From assembly GCA_026025075.1 (NCBI GenBank), contig JAPEUI010000087.1, positions 1-64,000 of the forward strand: a stretch of 64,000 nt of DNA. The letters are read 5' to 3'. Under the pieces are notes generated by a model. The model was not told the origin of the DNA. It worked only from the letters and a program-made list of their open reading frames with translations, and did not search any database. Shown here piece after piece: positions 51,342 to 64,000 of this stretch. The DNA comes from Vezdaea acicularis. Taxonomy: Eukaryota. Positions within the stretch are counted from its first letter, which is position 1. The number at the start of each line of letters is the position of its first letter. Both the position numbers and the translations under genes were made by a program.

Positions 51342-52981
51342 ATGGACCGGCTCAGCAATATACTGATTGTCTCAGCAATCATCTTTACTAAAAGTTCACA
51401 ATCGGCGTGTACTCAACCTATCAGTATTCCTATTCATAATGTGACACTTTCGAATCAACAACCAGTGCGGGGGCTACAACTTGCTCTTGGCACACCCCCC
51501 CAAGACTTTTCAATGCTTGTGACGGGGTATGCTGCTTTTCCTCCGCTGTTGCAAGGGCTGCTTTTGGACTGACACTGCTCAGTGATTTCAACAACACGTT
51601 ACTCTATGATGGCGATGGATCCTGTGACAATGCTACTACGGCATATTGTGAGTCGGACCGTGGTGGAATTTTCGACCCGTCAAAATCCTCAACGTGGGCA
51701 CTTGTGGGCTCTCAAGGTCCTGGTGAAGCCATCGAGCGAAATGCCTCGAGTAACTTAAATGGCACCGACACTCTTCACTTGAACTCAACGACGGCTTTCT
51801 CGAAATTTCCGTTGGGGATCTACAGAAACTATGGCCCGATCTGGCAAAGAAATTATCTGGGAATGGGAAGGAATTCGACGTTTCTCAAATTTTTGCAGTC
51901 CCAACGCCTTGTTGAGTCCCAGATTTGGTCACTCTTTTGGGGTTGGTCAGGTTTGACCCCTAGTACGCAAGTCGATGGAAGCTTGATACTTGGCGGTTAT
52001 GACAAGAGCAAACTTAGCGGCGGCAACTACACTAAGCCTTTCCAGTATAGTAGCCTTTGCCCGACTTCATGGATGATCACCTTTTCAGATATCCAGACCA
52101 AGTCCGCTGATGGCACCATAACTAGCATAATGGGAAGCAGCAGGTCAAGATTGACCGCCTGTATCAAACCAGACGTCACCCTGATCACGTTACCTGGCGA
52201 TATTTTTCAGAGCTTCCTCACCAATGCAGGTGGGACAAACCTAGGTGATGCACGTGGCATGATACAATGGGGCCAATTATATGATGCTAATGATGTGTAA
52301 GTTATTTACTTCGAGTGAGTCAAGTCATTATGCTAAAACCTTCTCAAAAGATATGACGGAGATCTTGTGTTTACACTGGATAATGGAGTTACCATCACCG
52401 TCCCAAATCATCAGCTTGTTGGACCGGAGTATTTCATAGCTGATAACGGGGGAATCGCTATTAATTCCACGGCCAGAGAGATCTATGTGTACAATATTGA
52501 TGATACTCCAGGAAAGGCAATGCCTCTGCTAGGCCTTCCTTTCCTTGCTGCATCATATCTGATGGTCGACAATGACGTTGGACAGTTCACTCTCTGGCAA
52601 AGCAATGCGACAAACGTTCACGAGGATGTGGTCTCTCTAGGCTCTCAATGTCAAAACAACATGCCCACTCAGCCCTTAGTCTCGGGCACGGGGATTACGG
52701 ACGCCCACGAAAAACATAGACAACATACCGCGATAGTTGTAGCGACGATTATCGGATGCATTGCGCTCATCTGCAGTGTCCTTGGGATTTATTTGTGCCT
52801 GAGGAGGACACGAAGGAGAAAAGAAGCTACTCTAGACCCAGTCTCCCAGTACAAGGAGGGTATGGCTGAGATGTCAGGTATCTCAGCTCATGGAGAACTT
52901 CAGGGTTCCCTTATACCTGCTCAAGAACTTCCTATTCCTATACAAATCCAAGAACTTCCCGACCATAACTCGTTTAAATAG
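51342..52981 (+). CDS. Pepsin-like (A1) fold membrane protein lacking catalytic motifs
   Basis: Signal peptide; LGTPPQDF, GIFDPSKSSTW, GSLILGGYDKSK and LLGLPFLAASYLMVD; C-terminal TM followed by RRTRRRK. Introns 51527-51582 and 52297-52350. Confidence 0.8.
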
Positions 52982-53462
52982 TTTCATTAAAGAGGTTGAT
53001 ATACTTGGGAGTTGCATGATTCATAGTCAGGCGCTGCGATAAGTGTCACATAATGTAGGTTCACCTCGTAGTGAAGCACATGTCGGTGGTCTCTATAGGT
53101 CTGATGACTAGGCAGTCCTTAGGGGAGAATGTTTAAGTTCGAAAGCGAGTAGATTGAAGTCTAATTTTCACTCTACGGAGCTGCAATTCTTACAGGAAGC
53201 AGATGACGAGAAGGAGAAGGGCGGAAGGTAAATGGCTTGCTGAATTTAAGTACCATGCTTGGCTTTGTACATAAAACTATCCGAGAACCCTAGCTTTTTG
53301 AAAAGTGATACGATTCAGCTGTTGAGAAAGATGCCACGCTTTGGCACAATCACGCATCTAAAAGGAAGAGCATATCATACATCGTGAGATTGTATAACAG
53401 ACCATACTTAATGCTGCAACGGAACGAGCAAAGGTGAAGATAGCTCTAACAAACATAACTCG

Positions 53463-56400
53463 CTATTCGGTAGCCTTATATTTCGCATTGAAGGCACTGA
53501 CGGCCACCCCTATCTTTTTATAAAGAAATTGTCGAGAACCCTCCTCCTGTACCGGGATAAACGGCCCATTTGTACCACCTCTAAGGGTAAGGCTAAGCCC
53601 TGTCCGTTCCTTCGAGATGGTTTGTATATCCTTTAGAGGGACATCCCATTCACTTACCAATTTTTTCGATTTGATAAGCATGATGCGATTGTATGTGAGC
53701 ATGACAACCACATCTTCTCGCGGTAGCTCTAAGTGGGCGAGGTATTCCTCGTTGAAATATTTCCCGTTATCAAGCTGCTTTAGCCAGAATTGGCCAAGAG
53801 CTTCACGTTGAGAATATGGCCGGACCACACCGTCACTGTCTATAAATCGAGTAAGTCGAACCCGATCGAGACCCTCAGCGTCAAATACAGTGGTTGTATT
53901 TCGAATTCCCTCGGTGACATCTGATGTGTATTAGTCTCAAGTCGACCATAGAATCGAAGTGTACTCACTCGAAGCAAGATCAAGCACCCCAATGGCTGGC
54001 TTCGTGGCGAGTCCTACAACACCCTTGCCGATACCCTTCATAAATCCAGTAATACCTTCGCGCTCAGCACCTTCAAGTGGCTTCCGTGCAAGACCACCTA
54101 CTCCGCTCGCAAAACTGGACACCAGCGAATTCGCGCCAGCGGTCACCCCATAGAGAGCGTGCTTCGGCCGATTTCGCGATCTCGTCATCCTTCGTCGATC
54201 CTGGAATTGCTTATCCATTGTTGCAGCAGCTAAACCCTTCGAAAGACTACCAGTCACTTTTGACATGCTGTCAGTCACACCGAAGACGGACTTCTTGACA
54301 AAACTTGTAGCTCCCTTCGCAATTCCGATACCTAGCTCTTGTGGCCGATCGCTCATAACAAGACCCTGATATGGCTCATAGAAGATATCTGCAACCCCTG
54401 AGCTGATATTTGTGAAGAGACCGACGGGGTTACCGAGAAAGTCAGCGGAGCCAAGGATCTTATGAACTTGATAAAGGAACTCTTGTGAGTAGTGGTTTTG
54501 GATATTTTGTGACAAGATGGGTATTGAAACGCGCGCATTCTCTAGCATGAGGGAGTTAAGACGGACTGGAGCATCGTTTATATTGCCAATGGCCATGGTT
54601 AGGACATTCAGGAAGAACATCAGCGGGTTTCGAGATGTAGTCTTATCCTCAATGTTGACTCGTTCTGTCCTCATGAATGACAGATCGAGTTGCATCGGTT
54701 GAATGTTGAGCAGCTCGAAATAGACATCTTGACCTGATTGACTTTGCTTTGGCTCGGGGATGTCTAGACTGTCATCGCAAAGCTTGCTATCATCCTCTTC
54801 TGTCCATGACGCCCCAGGAACTCTGGAGAAATCCAACAATGCGAAAACGAAATCTTCGTCGATCTCCATCGTCATCTGTTGGAGAAGGAGTGTTGCATAC
54901 TTAATATAGAGCACACCATAAGAATCATCTTTGACCCGAGTGACCATTGCATGGAAGGAAGGATGCACTTCTGTTTCTTTGCTGCTCTTTGGTACTACAC
55001 TTGGATACAAAATAAGTGGGAAGATGCCTCCGTAGAGTTGGTTGTCAATTTGTATCCATTTCACCGTGAGATTAAGAGTCTGGTATAAAGAAGACTCATT
55101 ATACCTGAACTCAACGTCGCGTAAGGTGATGTATGCAAGTTCCTTGAGTTTGGAGTTGATGAGGGAAAGGCCGAGACCGGCTAAACGGAGCTGCGCTTTG
55201 AAGGTGACGTCTGTATCTATGTCCTTCACCTCGAAACCTGTCGCTAAACTAGTTTGAGATGCTGTGTTTGACTTTTGCTTATATAGACTCAAAGATTGCT
55301 TGTAGTTGGAGAGTACAAGGGTTTGAGTAGGCCCATCCGCGACAACGTTGAGTTCAATAATCTTCTGTTGGCTTGAGCCAGACGCACCAGGGATCTTGAA
55401 AGGTAGAAGGTTGCCGATTTCCGCAAGCTTGACGTGTCTTTCTTTACCGTTTCCATTTATGATGAGTTCTTTTAGCTTTGCGGCCGGGTAGTCCCATGCA
55501 TAGGGCATGATGCTCCGTGCGGGTAGCCGATATCGGATCGGTCTCCATTCAGACGCTGTATCAGCTTCATCTTCATCGATATTGGGATTTGCTTGATAAA
55601 ACATGAACTCTGTGTCGCTCTCGTTTCGCATCGAGAAAGGCCAGTTCTTTGTCTCGATGGTGAGATGGATGAAGATTGTCGCTTGTTCGATCAGTATCTC
55701 CGCCCGGATAAGTTTCTGTCTCTGTCCGGCCTTTGCTATTTTTACATGAACGCTGCCTAAGTCTGATATGTTAAAGGGAGATGTCCATTGGTTATTGAGG
55801 CCAGGAAAGCACAAGCACAGTTGTTTCATAACACCAGGACGAAGGAAATGAAGCGGGAAGAGCTCCCCTTGTTTTAGGGTCATTACGTTGGAGGAGCCAG
55901 GTTCTCGAACATTCATGTCCTCAGCGATCTTATTCTTGATGATATACCTTGGCGCCAAGGTGACCACTTTGGTCAATTTATACTAGAATATGTTAGTTAT
56001 CTACACTGGAAGCACACTATTCAGCGTACCTTGCCCTCGCCTTCCTCGATTGATATGCCGACGTGGATCTCCTTCTGTTTGGTCGACGAAGGAAGCACCA
56101 CCTCAATAGCGCTTCCAATCGCATCAAAGCTCTGTGGCCTACTCCAACTTGAATCGCCTATCTTAAGTATTGCGCGGTTTTGTCGATCATCGCCAGGATA
56201 TGAAAACATATACGGTAGAGCTTTACGGACATCGCTCTCTCCGGGTCCAGCCTTCATGCTTTGTCCAGCTGCAGTCCGAGCTTGCTGTAATAGTGACTTA
56301 CTCTTGACCTTGATGTCTAATCCTGTTTTGTTGAGAATTACGTAGGGTGTATATACTGCAACACGAAAAGCTCCGCCACTGTCAGGAATGTTACTACAAA

Positions 56401-59400
56401 GAAGTTAGCTTCGCTTTGAAAGAGGATATTGGCTGACTGACAAATAGTGCAGCTTCAAGTTTAAAGGTAATCCTTCATTATCCTTGACAACTATGGTATC
56501 TTCACGTTCGAAATCGTCCTGATTATTGGAATTGATGATAGCGAATTCACTCTTGTTGAACACAGTGTCTTGCATGTCGATGCTTATTAATAATAAGTGC
56601 GAGAGCTCCACCACATGTACTGGACTTAAGCCTCCTTTTCGTAGGAAATTCGTCCAATCCTTCTTCGTATTCTTATCATATATGCGATATTTGAAATCAT
56701 AAGGGAGCAGATTAATAAGTTCAAGCGGTGCTGACAACCGTATGCGCATATAAGGGTAGACACTACTTTTCATAAGCATCCTCCTGAACGGGAGAAATAG
56801 ATTTGATCATACCTTGTCAACGGGTTTTTCTTGTCGAAATTTGCGTTCATCTGAAAATAGAAAGGAGGTGTTTTATCACCACTATCACTCTTACAGGTCA
56901 TTGTTTTCGTGGGCCTCTTTAACAAGTCCTCCCAAAATATTCGCTCGGAAGACCAAGTATACCCAAATCCTTGGTCTGGGCGAACAAGAATCGAATGTTC
57001 GAACGCAGAGCCAACGGGAGCTGGGCGTGACTGCCCCGGCTGGATCTTCTCGATTTTCAAGAGATCCCCTACGTCATGGTTGAAGATGCCAATCTCGACC
57101 GGAATCTGAGTATTATTCTCAATTAATAGCGGTGACCGGAATGTAATATATTTGACGTTATCTTCCGCAAGCTCTACTTCGACAAGCAATCGGTGTAAAG
57201 TCTTATCTTTACGGGGACGGAGGCTGTAGATACTCTCACCTTCTTTATTGACGGGAATCCTCGTGACATCATTGAAGCCGCTACCCTCGAGCTTAAGACC
57301 AATCACTCCACTACCTCCTTCAGGAGCCAGATTTTCTCGCATCTTCTCCCAGTCTTCGAAGCGCCATGGGGCTTCTTCGCCATCAGAAAGCTTGGCAGAT
57401 GTGGGCTTTTCGTCACTTGAGTTGTCATCCCAAACATTGATATCAAAGCCGGTATAGTTTCTGATCCTAAAAGGTGTATCAATGCCACGAGGTTTGGAGA
57501 GCACATCGTCTTCATCCTGCGAGAGAAACTGGGCAGACTTGCTTGCTAGAGCAAGTGTTGCCGAAGTGATTGTGAGTTCTAACATCTTCTGAGAATAAAA
57601 CTCAATAGATAGGCAGTCTGGGCTTTGCACTTTAGAAAGCTGGAGTCCGAATTGCCATGGCTCGATCAGGGGCTCCCAAGCAGATTTGGAAAAGTTATAG
57701 ATGTTGATGAACATGTCAAGGTTCGTCTTCCCATTCATTTGGCCAGACCAGTCCCGAACGTCGATGTTGAATTTTTTGACACTGAAATCGAGTAACGGTA
57801 GTTCGTGCAGATCACCGATAAGTACTACTCTGAAGCCCTCCAGCTGAACACTCATCTCTTCACTTCTGTTTAAAGGGGACTCAGTTCGCATGGGATTGGT
57901 TTTCATGTCGGAAACCCTTCTCGTACGAGCGCTTTTGAGTGATTTCCTCTGCGCTGTAGATAGACCCTGCCCGCTATTTGATCTCCGTCTCAGGTCAGAG
58001 GAAGCGCTCTTGATTTCTTTAACCCTCTTTGGTTCTCTGTCACTAGTCTTTTCATCACTCCCAGAGAGCTCAGAGGCTTTGTTTACAATCTGAACGGCCA
58101 GTAGTATATCTCGGAGAGAGAGCCGTAGAATCAGTGGGTCGATATCTATGTGTATATTTGTAGCCGAAGATTGGCGAACTTCTGACCCACTTTCCATAGA
58201 TAGCTGAACACCGAAATCGTCCAGAATCCGCAGCCTGCTGGTCTCAAACTGGTCCATTCGGCAAAGAAACATTCCTACACGGGAGACTTGCAAAGTCAAA
58301 GCATGCTGCTGGGATATCGATACTTGACTTGTGCCAAGCACTATCGCCTCGGAGCTAGCACTTTGAGGGTTTGCAATGAGGATGATCTGAGCGTCGTCGA
58401 TGTTGACACGGAATGCGACATTGGTGGTAGTTTCCTCGACGGAAGAAGATTCATGGTCCGACTGAATGATCTGACTTTTATTGCTGGCCTGAACTTTGCG
58501 TCCTGGCCGAGGGCTTTCTATACTATCAGAATCTTCAAGATCTGTGCTGCTCTCGTTGGATATTTCTTTCACGCTTATTGATTCTTCTGACGAGAATGCC
58601 GTGGTAGCGAATTTTTGTACCGCGAACAAATAATCTAGAGCGAATATGACCCGCGGACTGTCTATTGTTAGTATAGCAATGATATTCCTTTCAGTACCTC
58701 CAGAAATTGTAACGCTGGCTTCAAATTGATGAACTTTCTGATTGGCCGAAGACATGATCTCCGGAAATTTGTTTTTCTCACGTGTTCGACTATCCCTTAT
58801 AGTGAAAGAGTCTATAACTAACTCAGACTCGATGGAGCTATCAGCGGCCATCCTGAGCTTAACCTTGGTCTCGTTCAAGGAAAATTTGGAGAGACTCGCG
58901 ACATGAGGATCTCCAACGGGCTCAGCTTCCTTTGCCAGGATTAGCTCAAGACCGATGGTGTCCACAGAGAATACGAAGCCGAGCTTCGTTCGATCGCCGG
59001 GCTTGTTCTTCAGCTCAGGGGCCAGATCAGTTGCAACTAGCTCTCCTTCTTCTGAGCTCTGCTTCTTTAAACCCTGGGCTGACGCAACTGTAGTGCGCGA
59101 CAAATCCGCCTGCGCTTTTTCATTGCTTTCATCCGAGGCTATGGCGAAGGCAGCCGGCACGGTTTGAGAGAGCTCTAGCAGAAACTTCACCTGGGTTTGG
59201 GTAATTTTGAGATTGAAGTCTGTCATAGAGCCTTCTATCTCCAGATCTGGGGCCTTAGCTGTTTCATCCTGCTCCATGTACGTAATCTTGAAGCCAATGT
59301 CTACTTTATCGATCATTTCAAGCTCCTCGGACATTCCATCATCATAATGGAAATCCGAAGTCAGGTGGACGTTCCGAATGCCTGCCTCCAACTTATTGGC

Positions 59401-62400
59401 TAAGGGCGACCCTCGACCCTCGTCAACGCTAACAAACTTGTTGCTTGCATATATTTCTCCAAGATAGGCTGTAATGAGGTCGCTTTTGGCATTCAGTCCG
59501 CTCGAAATCTTTGGAAATATGAGGATTGGGGTTTTGATGAGAATATCAAAATGCATCATGTTTGCATTTTCCTGTATCTGGCTGGCTTGATTCGCGGCGG
59601 CTTGTCTAGCAGCGTTAAATATAGCTTGCATCTTCCCGAATTTCACCAAGAAATCGATAATCTTTCGGAAGGGCTCTTCAACAAAGTTGACTTTGATAGA
59701 GCCAGACTTGAGGAAGATAGACGAACTGTAGCCTGGATAATTCTCGCCCTGGTCTGGGTCGAAAGTCTCATACCGAAAATCTGCAAGCTCGTCCCCTTCA
59801 ATAGTGACGAGCTGGCGCAATGGCGAGGTCTCGGACGCTCCAGTATTGATATCATCCAGCAGAGAGAGGTCCCCTAACCGCGCTGCAACCTGCATGGTTT
59901 TGCCCATAATATATATGCTAATATTAGCAGTGTTCAGGCTCAAGGTCGCTAGACGAAGCCCATCATTATTCAAGATGAATACGACACTTTTGAGGTCGAC
60001 TTTAACCCTTATTTTGCCATCATTAGCTGGATCCGCAGGCTTGTCATCCGATGTTTCAAGCAGTCTAGAAGAGTTGTCGACTTCAAGGGAATTTGACGAA
60101 TCTAAGGATGGATTAGGGTTCGAAAATGTTATCAGAAAGAAGTCTAGGATCGTAAGAAGTGACTTCCTAGTGATTACTAAATTGATTGTCGAAACCGACA
60201 TATCAATATTTGTATCGACTCCCTCATAGACGCTGGTGTATTCAGGTGACATTTTGTTAACTTTCATGAACTTTACATGAAATAGATCGCGACCATTATT
60301 GCTTTCAAACCCTTCAGAAGATACTAGCTTTTTGAACTCAGGTGTCGCACCTCCATCGATGAAATCCTCAATGCTGAGCGATTTGAGGAGCACTTCGGCA
60401 GCCATGTCAAAGGGGCGGAGACACAGGTCAAATTGGAAATGTTCGGCGGTTAACTCCACAAGTAGATGGTCTGGTTCTTTAGCTTCCGGGTCCGCACGGT
60501 ATAGCGAACCTTGTAACTTGTCAACAGTAAACTTAAGTTCGAAATCTCTTTGGTTGAGTTTCATCTTCTCCTCAGCCGTACTATCAGGAGCTTCGACGAA
60601 CTTCTCATCTTGCTCATCGTCTGTATCTGCTTCCATCACTAGATCATGAGGCAATTCATCAAACTGGAATGACTTGGAGCGAGGTCTCTTGACATTATCG
60701 ATATCCCCATCTCGGCCTTTTTTCTGCAATTCACCCTCTTCAATTTGTTTCGGCTTGCGTGGCTCATCATCACCCTCAAACTTCGGCACCGCTACGTCAA
60801 TAACTTTCATAAGATTCTTATATTTCAAGTCTGACACTGACGCATGCAGTACGGGTAGATGCCCAGAGACCCTAAATTTCGTCAAGTTTGGTGCCTTCGG
60901 AAGAATAGATATTTCAACAATGAAGTCTATATTGACGCGGTCTATGATATGCAACTTTCTCGTATCAGCCTCATTATTTAGCTGAGACTTGGTATCTTTA
61001 ATCGATGGACCGATGAGAACCTGAGTAGCCTCAAGCTTCAACAAAAACTTGTCGTACATAAGACCTTCGAGTTTCTTATAATCCGCATCGCTGTACTGCG
61101 TCTTTTGCTTTGCTCGTATATCTTTGATGGTGGATTTCTCAACCAACTCGCTATTCATCCCTACATGACCAGCGTCAAGTATCAGACAGGTAGAGTCCTT
61201 GACGAGCACACTCTGTGGGATTATGATGAGAGGAGCCTGTAAATCAAGCTTAACGTCGACTGTCTTGTGTTCTTCAAGTGCAAACTCGAGACCAGCTCTT
61301 GTTTGTTGCCTAAATCCCTCAACTTTAGCACCCGCAGTCTCCATCAAAGCTCCAATCGATTCCATGTGGCGCTCTGGAGGCTTGAAGAAGTTCACAATAC
61401 CAACGACAAATTGCGGATTGTAGATAACCTCCATGCTCTTCATCTTCATCACAACCACAGAGTCAGCATGGTCATCTAGTGGGCCTTGTTCAAACTGGAG
61501 CTGAAAAAACGACTCAGTATGGGCGTCAGAACGAGAACTCTCGCCTTCCCCATCCACGTCGTCTTCTAACTCCGTTATGCGTTCCTCTATAGGTTTTGCT
61601 GTCACCCCCTTTACCTGTACGATCTGAGGAAAGAGGGTCCCTTTAGTCGAACCGTCATACACCCGAAGACCACCAAGCCTAAGATCAGCAAAGAATGAGT
61701 CAGGGCGTTGGAGAATGTTTGCATTGAACTTGTCGAACAGTAAGCTAAGAAGTTCGGTACCCTCCCCATGAGGATCACGCTTTAGAGTAAAGCTTCCAGT
61801 CTGTAGGCTGGCTTCGAGTTGAAGTTTGATCGTCTCTCGAGGAAGATCGACACTTTCAGTAATGGCCGCTTTTTCATCCCATTCAATTGCGTCGTAGAGT
61901 TCCTTCTTTTGCTGCTCAGTAATGGATGTATTCTCCTCTTCTTTCTCTTGCTGCTGTCCAGTTCCCCACATCCATGCGACCCACCCTTGACTCTTTTTGG
62001 CTTCTTGACTTTTATCAAGGCTTGCGTTCTCTTTTCGAAGCTGATTTCGAGCCAGTGAACGCCAAAACCGCAAATCCTGATATGAAAGTTTCCATTCAAG
62101 TTTCTCGAACTCTTCCTTTTCGGTACCAGTAAGGGTTGTGTCCTGCTTAAACTTTTTGAACAGTTCTATGTACCTCTGTCTATCGTCTCTTCGTTCTTTG
62201 AAGAAGTCCCAAGACCAACGCCGGTTGCGATCGTGGATTTGGCTTAATACCGCGTCTCCCGCAAACTTCAACCATGCGCGGGGGGCCTCTTTTGGGGTGA
62301 CTCCGATAGGCTGGTATTTCTTGTACTCTTGGTGTCGTAGGAAGTAATGGAATAGATCAACCATCATAAGAGCATCACGATATTGATCTTCGTCTACAAT

Positions 62401-63297
62401 GAAACCTATTTCATCAAAAAGAAGGCTTGCACTGAGTTTTGGTCTGTCCACCTTTCCAGTCTTGTCCAATTTAATTCTTGCTCGCCCACTGACAGGCTTG
62501 AGTATGAATTGATGGGTCGTGGCTTTCAGATTTTCCCCTCTGACGATCATGTCGCGTAAGGCCTTGAGTATATCCTCACGATTTGTACCTTTCGCCTCTC
62601 CCAGTATATCTTCACCCTTCTGACTCCCCAGGAGGTCGGTATCAGTATTCCAGTATATAGCCAAAGCACCAAGAGTAGCTACTTTGTGTGTCAAAGCGAC
62701 CGATGTCTGAATGAAAGTTGGTTTCCAGCTTTCGTCTGTGCTTATAGCACTGAACTCCTCGAGCGTAAATCCGACCGCGAAAGGATGACCAGGAGCTGAT
62801 ATTGCGTCCTCATAGCGTACGTGAATATTCTTTACCGATATTTGAAGATTATCCACTATCTTGGTGATGAGGCTTTCAGTGAAGCTTTGACTTTTCTGCT
62901 GTTCTTCTTGGCTGAGGCCATCCCCTGTTCTCTCTTTTAGCATCTCTGCGTTCTCTAGCTTTCCCATCTTGACTGCTTGCCGCCTGCGCTTTTCTTCTTC
63001 CTCGTCATAGTTGTCATCTTCCTTGGGTGCGGCAAGAAGGAAGACATCTTCAACATAAACTTTGACAGGCTTGCCCTTCAAGTTGGACCAAGGAATGGAT
63101 AAAGTGAGGAGACCGATGTGCCCTTTGATGACGTTTATTGGAAGCTTCGTCTGGTCCAGCGCTTCACGCCGAAGTTCGAGATCTCGAAATTTAACATCGC
63201 CAGAGAATATGCCAACATTCAGCTGCTTTGGGTCAAAGTTGCGAATGTAGGTGCCCAGGAATCGATTAAGCAGTGTGGAAACAAGGCCTTCTAGCAT
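53463..63297 (-). CDS. VPS13: Vacuolar protein sorting 13, bridge-like lipid transfer protein
   Basis: Chorein N-terminus MLEGLVSTLLNRFLGTYIRNFDPKQLNVGI, SAWEPLIEPW, ILGSADFLGNPVGLF and a PH-like C-terminus; over 3,000 aa with four short introns in the 3' part. Confidence 0.97.
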
Positions 63298-64000
63298 CGT
63301 GAGATAGATCAGCTGTAACCCAAGCGGGGGCAAGGATGGTTTTGCTAGGCTTCACTACTTGACATAAGAAGGCGCTTTTAGTGGAAAGAAATTAGAAAGA
63401 AGACCCTAGAGTTTGATAATCATTGGACGTCGTTGATTCTGCTGCTCGCTCATGCATGACTTGAAGATCCAGTCCGTGTCTATTAGACTGAATACGTCGT
63501 ATTCTAGGACTGGCTTAGAAGGCTGTGAATGAGGGGCACACGACTAGGGCCATGTACCTTGAGTTTAGGGGAGGTCTCTTGGAATACATGCGTGGCCACC
63601 GGAGAGTGCTTTCTTCATTCAGTCTATGTGAATGACGCTCCAACCAACAATTTCCTAGCGATGACGTCTCGCATAGCTATACCTTGCAGGGGAACATTTC
63701 CAGCAACGCTGAAAGTACAATTGCCAGCATTTCATGAAACAGAACAAGACCGTACAGTGCTATAGATCCAGATTAGGAAATTCCTCCTTGTATCGCTAAA
63801 ATACTGATCGATAAAGTATGGTTTCCAAGCTGCGAGACTGCATATTAATGCTTGTGCACGATATCTCTTTCGGGTTGAGCTCGCCGCTTCCCACCATTGG
63901 AGCTCTTGATTCGCTTATGCCGCCGCTAATTGATCCAGCTCCTCTGACTACAGTACCGACTTATATTTCCACGGCACCTCTTCTGCTCTGGAGATACTAG

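Noticed and set aside
63529..64000. Short ORFs at the right edge
   Set aside because: They show no motif and cannot be supported from this window.

Overview
This is gene-dense eukaryotic DNA from a filamentous ascomycete (Pezizomycotina-type short GT-AG introns with CTAAC/CTGAC branch sites). About 20 intact genes can be reconstructed: sidL-like siderophore acyltransferase, a small hypothetical gene, MCU, a dsRBD-like protein, RAM1, a Zn2Cys6 transcription factor, polyubiquitin, ETP1/BRAP2, a repeat-bearing membrane protein, SAP190-family, VPS60, RPL8, NCS6, CDC24, YME1, two DUF3431 paralogs, PSF3, SOD2, a probably inactive A1 peptidase-like protein and VPS13. The left end holds a RIP-like mutated pseudogene, and a second decayed gene probably lies near 10-11 kb. 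The most notable observations are: a 783-nt, stop-free, in-frame intron (exitron candidate) in the CDC24 PH domain; a 419-nt SAP190 intron whose retention gives an alternative C-terminus; a strong hairpin in the first RPL8 intron; and a 7x39-bp SPTY-repeat array. I recognised no tRNA, rRNA, CRISPR or intact transposon. Gene names come from motif recall and exon boundaries from manual reading, not from database searches.
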